Positions 28,883 to 36,381 of a DNA stretch of 64,000 nt are shown here, one piece after another. Each line of letters opens with the position of its first letter. Within the stretch, counting starts at the first letter, position 1. The DNA is from an uncultured bacterium (GTDB lineage: Bacteria > Actinomycetota > Acidimicrobiia > Spongiisociales > UBA5794), in the NCBI GenBank assembly GCA_963801165.1, contig CAWDDT010000007.1, positions 32,001-96,000 on the forward strand, in the 5' to 3' direction. The notes under the pieces are model-generated. The model worked only from the letters and a program-made list of their open reading frames with translations, had not been told where the DNA came from and made no database searches. The position numbers were made by a program, and so were the translations under genes.

Positions 28883-30983
28883 TCCCCGATACGACTATGC
28901 ACAGCGTCAACCCCGCCCTCCGCAGCCGGTCGATGCCGGCCTTCTCGAAGCGGACATACCCGTCGAGGTGCGGCTGAGCCTGTATCGCAAGCTCCAGGAG
29001 TTGCGGCAGTGGGGCAAGCGCACCCACGACCTGTTCCTACAGAACCTCGTGAAGGGCACAAGCCACCTCTCGCTCGGCATGGAGGCGATCGCCACCGGTT
29101 TCGCCGCTGCCATGGAGCCCGACGACTACACGTTCGCCACATACCGGGGACACGGCCACAGCCTGGCGCGCGGCATGGGCCCCGGTCCGGCGCTGGCCGA
29201 GATGCTGGGACGGGAGAACGGCATCCTCGGTGGCAAGGGCGGGTCCATGCATCTCACCGATGTGGAGCACGGGATGATGGGCTCGTACGCCATTGTCGGC
29301 GCCCACATGTGCGTCGCCAACGGCGCCGCCTGGTCGGCGCAGATGCGCGCCAGCGGCCAGGTAGCTGTGTGCTTCTTTGGTGACGGAACCACCAACATCG
29401 GTGCGTTTCACGAAGCCCTCAACCTGGCGAAGATCTGGAACCTCCCGGTCGTGTTCGTGTGTGAGAACAACCTCTACATGGAGTACACGCCGATCGACCT
29501 GATCACCGCCGTGCCCCGGCCCGCCGCTGATCGTGCCCCGGCATACGGGCTGGATTCGATCGTCATCGACGGCAACGACCCCGACGCCGTGTACCTCGCC
29601 GCCCGCGAGGCTCTCGGACGGGCCCGTGGCGGCGACGGCCCGAGCCTCATCGAAGCCATCACCTATCGCAGTGGCGGTCACTCGCGGGCCGATCCGGCCA
29701 AGTATCGGCCGCCTGTCGAAGTCGAGGCATGGAAGGAACGCGACCCGATCACCGTCTACCGTTCCCGGCTGGTCGATCTGGGCACGGCAGCCGAGACCCT
29801 CGACGCCATCGAGCACGAGGTGTCGGTGGCTATCGACGCCGCGACCGAGTTCGCCAAGAACGGGCGGGAGCCCGGGGAGGACACGCTGCTCACCGACGTC
29901 TACGCCGACGGCGGCTCGCGCTGGCGCAACGGCACGCCGGAGAACCCGGTCGGGAGCGGTCCCGCCCCGGCTGCAATCTCTGCAACGGGCGGCACCTCGA
30001 CCCTCAGTTACCGCGAGGCGGTCGCCAGAGGCATCGCCCAGGAGATGCGGCGCGACCCGAGACTGGTCATGCTCGGCGAAGACGTCGCCGCTGCCGGTGG
30101 TGTGTTCAAGACAACGGTCGGCCTACTCGACGAGTTCGGGCCGGACCGGGTGCGGGACACGCCGATCTCGGAACAGGCCATCATCGGCGCCGCCATGGGT
30201 GCTGCGATGACCGGCACACCAGTGATCGCCGAGATCATGTTCTCCGACTTCCTCGCCGTCTGCTGGGACATGGTGGCCAACGAGATCGCCAAGAGCCGGT
30301 ACATGACCAACGGCCAGGTCAGCTTCCCGCTCGTCATCCGGACCGCAAACGGCGGCGGCGCCCGCTTCGGCGCCCAGCACTCCCAGAGCGTGGAGAACTG
30401 GGCCATGGCCATTCCCGGCCTCAAGGTCGTCGCCCCGTCATCCCCTGCGGACGTGGTCGGGCTGCTGGCCGCCGCGATCCGCGACCCCGACCCCGTCGTG
30501 TTCTTCGAGCACAAGGCGCTGATGGCGGCCAAAGCCGAGGTTCCCGACGGTGAGATCGTCGATCAGCTTGGTGTCGCCAGGGTGTTGCGCGAGGGGACCG
30601 ATTGCACGATCGCGGCGCTTGCCCTCATGGTGCCGAGGGCTCTCGAGGCGGCCGAGCAACTCGCCGGCGATGGGATCTCGGTCGAGGTCATCGACGTGCG
30701 CTCGCTCGTCCCCCTTGACACCGAGACGATCCTCGCCTCGGTGTCCAAGACCGGCCGGCTCTTCACGGTCGAAGAGAACCCCCGGTTGTGCGGGTGGGGA
30801 GCGGAGCTCGTTTCGATCGTCGACGAAGAGGCCTTCTGGAGCCTCGACGGTCCCAGCATCCGGATCACGACGCCACACATCCCGCTCCCGTCGGCAGCTG
30901 CGCTCGAGGACCTGGCAATGCCGTCGGCCGAGCGAATCTACACCACGGTTGCGAAGGCCCTGGAAGGTGGGGGCATGGAATGA
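28872..30983 (+). CDS. Fused TPP-dependent 2-oxoacid dehydrogenase E1 alpha+beta
   Basis: TYRGHGH, GKGGSMH, GDG...ENN, GHSRAD; then GEDV, DTPISE, HSQ, FEHK. Confidence 0.92.
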   Translation: MHTDPRYDYAQRQPRPPQPVDAGLLEADIPVEVRLSLYRKLQELRQWGKRTHDLFLQNLVKGTSHLSLGMEAIATGFAAAMEPDDYTFATYRGHGHSLARGMGPGPALAEMLGRENGILGGKGGSMHLTDVEHGMMGSYAIVGAHMCVANGAAWSAQMRASGQVAVCFFGDGTTNIGAFHEALNLAKIWNLPVVFVCENNLYMEYTPIDLITAVPRPAADRAPAYGLDSIVIDGNDPDAVYLAAREALGRARGGDGPSLIEAITYRSGGHSRADPAKYRPPVEVEAWKERDPITVYRSRLVDLGTAAETLDAIEHEVSVAIDAATEFAKNGREPGEDTLLTDVYADGGSRWRNGTPENPVGSGPAPAAISATGGTSTLSYREAVARGIAQEMRRDPRLVMLGEDVAAAGGVFKTTVGLLDEFGPDRVRDTPISEQAIIGAAMGAAMTGTPVIAEIMFSDFLAVCWDMVANEIAKSRYMTNGQVSFPLVIRTANGGGARFGAQHSQSVENWAMAIPGLKVVAPSSPADVVGLLAAAIRDPDPVVFFEHKALMAAKAEVPDGEIVDQLGVARVLREGTDCTIAALALMVPRALEAAEQLAGDGISVEVIDVRSLVPLDTETILASVSKTGRLFTVEENPRLCGWGAELVSIVDEEAFWSLDGPSIRITTPHIPLPSAAALEDLAMPSAERIYTTVAKALEGGGME

Positions 30984-32290
30984 GCGAGCGGGTGCTCATC
31001 AGAGGCGGGACGGTCCTATCGATGGACCGCTCGGTGGGCAACATGATCACGGGAGACGTCTTGATCGAGGACGGCACGATCACCGAGGTCGGGCCCAAGC
31101 TGCGGTCCCGCAACGCCGAGACGATCGACGCAACCGACACGATCGTGATGCCGGGTTTCGTCGACACCCATCGCCACGCGTGGCACGCTCTGTTCCGGAA
31201 CACGGCGCTGTCGTCGTTGGCGATCGAGCCTGCCACCGTCGGTCGGCATTGCGCCGCCGACCACGTCTATGCCGCGACGCTCGTCGGGCTGTTGGGTGCG
31301 GTCGAAGCCGGGATCACGACTGTGGTCGATTGGGCCGATATCGCGGGTGACCCGCAGGCGGTCGAAGCAGCGCTCCAGGCGCATGCCGATGCCGGGCTGA
31401 GAACCGTCTTCCTCGTGACGAGGCCGGCGTGGAGCGCCGAGCATTTGGAAATGGCAAGGCTGCGATCGGTCGTGACAAGGGCTGTGGGCCCCGAGCTGAC
31501 GTTCGGTTTCGGTGCCACAGATCCCGATCCCTCCGATCTCGAGCGTACGACGCAGGAGTGGGCCGCGGCCCGAACCGAAGGTCTCAGGATCCACACGCAC
31601 GCGGGAGGCGACCCGAAATCCCGCGGGGCCATCGCCCGGCTCGCTGCATCAGGTCTGCTCGGCGACGACGTCACCCTGGTTCATTGCACATATCTCGACG
31701 GAGATGACCTCGATGCGGTCGCCGCGGCGAAGGCGACCGTCGCGCTCACTCCGGCAGCCGAGATGACCGGCGGGGTGGGGACCCCTCCGTTGCAGGCGCT
31801 CATCGACCGGCGGATCAGGCCCGGTCTTGGCATCGGGAGTGCCGTACAGGCTCCCGGGGAGATGTTCGCCCAGATGCGGTCGGCTAACTCGCTGCAGCAT
31901 GCCACCCTCTTCGATCTCAAGCTGGCCGGCAAGGGCGGCGTGCCCAACCTCCTGACGACAAGGGACGTGATCAAGTTCGCCACCATCGACGGGGCCGTTG
32001 TCGCCGGGGTCTCACAGAAAACCGGGTCGCTGACGCCGGGCAAGCGTGGCGACGTCATCGTGCTACGAACCGATCGGCCCAACATTGCCCCCATCAACGA
32101 CCCGATCGGCGCAGTCGTGTGGGGGATGGACACCTCCAACATCGATTATGTGTTCGTCGCCGGTCGAGGCCTTGTTCGCGAGGGTTCGCTGACCGCCGAC
32201 GTGGCTCGAGCCCGGGACCTGGCGGCACAGGCACAGGCCGAGGTGATGGCCGCCGCGGGGCTCCTGAGCACGGCGGTGAAGCCGTCATGA
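30980..32290 (+). CDS. Amidohydrolase superfamily protein (MTA/SAH deaminase-like), lacking the beta-8 Asp
   Basis: PGFVDTHRH, GITTVVDW, IHTH, VHC, GSLTPGKRGD; GIGSA where D is expected. Confidence 0.85.
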   Translation: MSERVLIRGGTVLSMDRSVGNMITGDVLIEDGTITEVGPKLRSRNAETIDATDTIVMPGFVDTHRHAWHALFRNTALSSLAIEPATVGRHCAADHVYAATLVGLLGAVEAGITTVVDWADIAGDPQAVEAALQAHADAGLRTVFLVTRPAWSAEHLEMARLRSVVTRAVGPELTFGFGATDPDPSDLERTTQEWAAARTEGLRIHTHAGGDPKSRGAIARLAASGLLGDDVTLVHCTYLDGDDLDAVAAAKATVALTPAAEMTGGVGTPPLQALIDRRIRPGLGIGSAVQAPGEMFAQMRSANSLQHATLFDLKLAGKGGVPNLLTTRDVIKFATIDGAVVAGVSQKTGSLTPGKRGDVIVLRTDRPNIAPINDPIGAVVWGMDTSNIDYVFVAGRGLVREGSLTADVARARDLAAQAQAEVMAAAGLLSTAVKPS

Positions 32291-33339
32291 CCACCCGGAA
32301 GACGACATCCTCGGCCGTGACCTCGTTCGTGGTCGCGTCGCGCTACATGCCGGTCTTCGTGGCTCTACTTCTGCTCATCGTTGTCGCGGCGATCTGGGTG
32401 CCGGAGACTCTGGGCGCAGTCCCCCTGGCGGCCATCGCACCGTTCGGAGCGTTGCTCGGGATCACCGCACTCGGTCAGATGCAGGTAGTCATGACCGGCG
32501 GGATAGACCTGAGCACCCCTGGCACCCTGACTCTGGCGGCGATGATCATGGTCGGCGTCGGGGATGGATCCGACGACCGCATCTGGATTGCCGCGTTTAC
32601 CGCAATCGCCGTCGCTGCCTTGATCGGACTGGTGAACGGCATCCTCATCGGCGGCATCAAGCTCAATCCGCTCATCGTCACTCTCGCCGTCGGTCAGGTC
32701 GTCGCCGGGATGGTCAGCCGCTACGTACGCACATTCCCGATTCAAAGCGCGGTCCCGAAGGGGCTTTCCGATTGGACCGCCAAGCGGATCCTCGGCGTCA
32801 GCCCGATCTTCTGGATCGGCATCGTTGTCGCCCTGCTTCTCATGGTCGGCCTGCGCTACACCACCGCGGGGCGCCGGTTCAAGCTCGTGGGAGCGAACCC
32901 CGTGTCGTCGCAGGTGGTCGGAGTACGGGTGACGTTGACGCAGATCCTCGTCTACGTGGTGGCGTCAATGTTCTATGCGATTGCCGGCATTGCTCTCGCC
33001 GGTCTCATCCGCAACCCGGGCGTCAACATCGGGTCGCCCTATCTGCTCGGTCCGATCGCGGCCGTTGTCATCGGCGGCGCTTCCCTGACCGGTGGTCTGG
33101 CCAGCCCGGTGTCCACGATGGTCGCCGCCTTCTTCCTCACAGGTCTCAATCAGATGATGCGCTCGCTAGGGCTGGCGACTGCGCTCCAGTTCGTTGTATT
33201 CGGTCTCGTGATCATCGGCGGCATGTTGCTGTCCGGAGATCGGATCATCCGGGGCGTGGAGCAGGTTCTGCGGGAGCGCCGCAAGCCCGACAGCGAGGGC
33301 AAGGGACAGACAGCGATGGCGACGAGTGAGCCGGGTTGA
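32287..33339 (+). CDS. Sugar-type (RbsC-like) ABC permease
   Basis: GGIDLS, LIVTLA, GANP..S..VG, IAAVVIGGASLTGG. Confidence 0.9.
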   Translation: MTTRKTTSSAVTSFVVASRYMPVFVALLLLIVVAAIWVPETLGAVPLAAIAPFGALLGITALGQMQVVMTGGIDLSTPGTLTLAAMIMVGVGDGSDDRIWIAAFTAIAVAALIGLVNGILIGGIKLNPLIVTLAVGQVVAGMVSRYVRTFPIQSAVPKGLSDWTAKRILGVSPIFWIGIVVALLLMVGLRYTTAGRRFKLVGANPVSSQVVGVRVTLTQILVYVVASMFYAIAGIALAGLIRNPGVNIGSPYLLGPIAAVVIGGASLTGGLASPVSTMVAAFFLTGLNQMMRSLGLATALQFVVFGLVIIGGMLLSGDRIIRGVEQVLRERRKPDSEGKGQTAMATSEPG

Positions 33340-33394
33340 CCGCGAGGTCGAGCGGGAACACGAAGCGCGTTTTGGCAACCAGGAGGAGGAGAGA

Positions 33395-34789
33395 ATGAGA
33401 CTGAGCAAGATCGTCGGCCTGATCGCAGTGCTTGCGATGGTGGCCGCCGCGTGCGGGGGCGACTCCGGCAGTACGACGACGACGACGGCAGGTGCCGCCG
33501 AGACAACGACGACTACAGCCGCGGCGACGACAACAACCGGAGCGACCGCGACAACCGAGGCTACGACGACGGCGGCGCCGGGGGGCGACAACCCGCTGGC
33601 CATGTACGGCGAAGATCCCACGGCAGCAGACCCGGCGCTGGTCCTCAAGGCGCTAGGCCCCGTCGACCCATCGGACGAAGCCAGCTGGAACATCATCCTG
33701 GCTTCCATAGCTCGCGCCAACCAGAACCTCGACGAAGCCACCATTACCAAGGCGATGGACTGCTGGCGCAACCAGGAGTGCGACACCGGAAGTGGCGGCG
33801 ACCTGGTGATGGGCTACGCCGACGGCGGCGGTGACACCGTCAACGTGTGGCGCGGTGTTAGCCACATGGAGGCAATCCTCCAGGCACTCAGCTATCCGGA
33901 AATCGGGACAATCGTGTCAACGGCGGCCAACTTCGATCAGGACCCGGCAGTGCACGCCAACGACATCCGCTTCCTGATCCAGCGTGGTGTCGACTTCATC
34001 GTCGGATACCCCGATGTTGGTGTTGCTCTTGCGCAGGCAGTCTCCGAAGCGGAGGCGGCAGGCATCCCGTACCTCTCCTTCTCGGCCGGCTATGTGGGCT
34101 TGCCGGGTCAGGAGGGTGCGCTCGTTCCCGGTCAGGATTACACCTCGGTGGTTGGTGAGGATCTCTGCGCCCTCGGGAAGAGCTTCGCCGACGTGCTGAA
34201 CCAGGGAGTCGGTACAGGTAAGGTCGGCATGCTCGGTGGGACACCCGGCAATGCCCTGACGCTCGGCTGGCAGCAGTGTGCGGTGGCGGCCCTTGCGCCT
34301 GGTGTCGACCTGGTCAACCCACCCGCAGACACAAACTCGACAACAGGCGACACATACTGGGTCAACTCGTTTGCGCTCGACGCGGTGCGGGGCCTGCTGA
34401 CGACCAACCCCGACATCAAGGGCTGGGCGTACGAGTACTCGGATGGCCTCTACACCGCCCTCCAGGCGTACGACGAGTTGAACATCCCGGTGGCGAACCT
34501 GACGGTGGCGCTGCGTACGGACGAGCAGACCCTGTTCTGCGACTGGGCGGATCGCAACGAACCGACGTACAACATCTGGTACTCGGCCGGTGGCAACTTC
34601 CAGTCCCGCACTGCGGTGACCGCCGCCATGCTGGCGCTCCAGGGCGCTGAGGTCCCAGGTCAGATCATCGTGCCCCACGTGATGAGACAGGTCACCAAGT
34701 CGGACTGCAACCCGGATCGGGTCAACGCGGTCGTGTCGGGGACCTCGCTCGTGCCCGACGCCGTGCTGCAGCAGATGTTCGGCGGCTGA
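33395..34789 (+). CDS. ABC substrate-binding lipoprotein (type I PBP-like, divergent)
   Basis: Lipobox VAAACG, Thr-rich linker, LIQRGVDFIVGYPD, LGGTPGN; AGGAGG RBS. Confidence 0.85.
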   Translation: MRLSKIVGLIAVLAMVAAACGGDSGSTTTTTAGAAETTTTTAAATTTTGATATTEATTTAAPGGDNPLAMYGEDPTAADPALVLKALGPVDPSDEASWNIILASIARANQNLDEATITKAMDCWRNQECDTGSGGDLVMGYADGGGDTVNVWRGVSHMEAILQALSYPEIGTIVSTAANFDQDPAVHANDIRFLIQRGVDFIVGYPDVGVALAQAVSEAEAAGIPYLSFSAGYVGLPGQEGALVPGQDYTSVVGEDLCALGKSFADVLNQGVGTGKVGMLGGTPGNALTLGWQQCAVAALAPGVDLVNPPADTNSTTGDTYWVNSFALDAVRGLLTTNPDIKGWAYEYSDGLYTALQAYDELNIPVANLTVALRTDEQTLFCDWADRNEPTYNIWYSAGGNFQSRTAVTAAMLALQGAEVPGQIIVPHVMRQVTKSDCNPDRVNAVVSGTSLVPDAVLQQMFGG

Positions 34790-34815
34790 TCACAAGCAGT
34801 CATGGAGGAGCGTCG

Positions 34816-36381
34816 ATGGACCATGAGCTAGTTCTCGAGATGCAGGGCGTGTCTCGCCAGTTCGGGGCGGTGCGAGCGCTGACGAACGTCAGCTTCGAGT
34901 GCCGCGCCGGTGAGATACATGCGCTGGTTGGTGAGAACGGCTCGGGGAAATCGACGCTCCTCGGGGTTGCTTCAGGATTCGTAGACCCCGACCTGGGCAC
35001 GGTGTCGATCGGGGGCAACCGGCTGCGGCGGGACTCTCCCGCCATGGCCCGCAAGCTCGGTCTGGCGATGGCCTATCAGGACGGCTCGTCCGTCCACGCC
35101 GAGCCGGTCAAGAACAACTTGTATTACGCCGCGCGTCCGGCCCAGCGGCCGCCGTACTGGCGCAGGAAGAAGTGGGCGCGCCGGGTGCTGGCGGAGTTTG
35201 ACCTGGACCTCGAGCTCTTCCCCGACGCGCCTGCCGGTTTCTTGACGCTGGCCGAGCGCCAGCTCTTCGAGGTAGCGAAGGCACTCGTGACCCATCCCAG
35301 GGTGCTGCTCCTCGACGAGCCGACGACGGCCCTTGGACCCGATGAGGTCGAGGCCCTGCACCGCACCGTGGTCGCCTGCCGGGACCGGGGTGTCGGTGTG
35401 GTGTATGTCAGCCACCGGCTGCCCGAGGTGCTCGAGGTCGCAGACCGGGTGACCGTCCTCCGCGACGGGACGCATCAGGGGACGTTCGACGCCAGGACGA
35501 CGAGCGAATCGGAGCTCGTGGAGCGAATCGTCGGGCGTCCTTTCGATGCGGCCTTCCCACCCCCGGCAACGTCACCGGACGATGGCGAGGAAGTGTTCGT
35601 CGTCGACGCCCTGCAAGGGCAGTCGTTCGGCCCGGTCAGCTTTACGCTGCGCCGGGGCGAGATAGTGGGGATCGCCGGCGCCGAAGGCAACGGCCAGCCG
35701 CAGCTCTTCGACTGTCTCGCCGGTCGGGTTCCTCCCCGTACCGGGCGCGTTGTATGCGACGGCAAGGAGCTGACGCTCATCTCTACCCACGAAGCGGTCG
35801 GTGCGGGGGTCATGCTGCTGCCGGGAAATCGCAAGCAGGAGGCCCTGATGGGAGTCCTCGGGGTGAAGGCGAACATCACGATCCAGTCACTAAAGAAGTT
35901 CTCACGGTTCGGCCTGCTGCGAAGGCGGGCGGAGCGGGTCGCGGTCAAACGGCTCGTGGATGAGATGGAGATCAGAACCCCGTCGCTCGACCAGCCGGTC
36001 GAGTTTCTCTCCGGCGGCAACCAGCAGAAGGTGTCGGTGGCCCGCTCGTTCCTCAGAGAGCCTGCGGTGATCCTGGCTTACGAGCCGACCCAGGGGGTCG
36101 ACGTTGGATCGCGCTTCGATATCTACAAGGCGCTGCGAGCCCGGGGGGACGCCGGGGCCGCCCTGCTCGTCAAGTCCAGCGACCCGATCGAGCTCTCGGG
36201 GCTGTGCAACCGCGTTCTGGTCATGTCACGGGGCACAATCATCGAGGAGATTCCCGGCGACGAGCTCGATGAGGTGCGCATTGTCGAGGCGATCGTGCGC
36301 GGTCCGGGAATGTCGAAGGCGGCCCGGTCGCCGCTGGGCGTTGCCATGCCCAAGGCCCCGATCCGCAAAGAGGCATCATGA
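34816..36381 (+). CDS. Sugar-type (RbsA-like) ABC ATP-binding protein with two NBDs
   Basis: GENGSGKST, LLDEPT, VSHRL; LSGGNQQKV. Confidence 0.93.
   Translation: MDHELVLEMQGVSRQFGAVRALTNVSFECRAGEIHALVGENGSGKSTLLGVASGFVDPDLGTVSIGGNRLRRDSPAMARKLGLAMAYQDGSSVHAEPVKNNLYYAARPAQRPPYWRRKKWARRVLAEFDLDLELFPDAPAGFLTLAERQLFEVAKALVTHPRVLLLDEPTTALGPDEVEALHRTVVACRDRGVGVVYVSHRLPEVLEVADRVTVLRDGTHQGTFDARTTSESELVERIVGRPFDAAFPPPATSPDDGEEVFVVDALQGQSFGPVSFTLRRGEIVGIAGAEGNGQPQLFDCLAGRVPPRTGRVVCDGKELTLISTHEAVGAGVMLLPGNRKQEALMGVLGVKANITIQSLKKFSRFGLLRRRAERVAVKRLVDEMEIRTPSLDQPVEFLSGGNQQKVSVARSFLREPAVILAYEPTQGVDVGSRFDIYKALRARGDAGAALLVKSSDPIELSGLCNRVLVMSRGTIIEEIPGDELDEVRIVEAIVRGPGMSKAARSPLGVAMPKAPIRKEAS

Noticed and set aside
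33470-33575. ACG/ACA-rich repeat tract (similar tracts near 7410-7465 and 54465-54500)
   Set aside because: Encodes ordinary Thr-rich lipoprotein linkers, not a DNA-level repeat element
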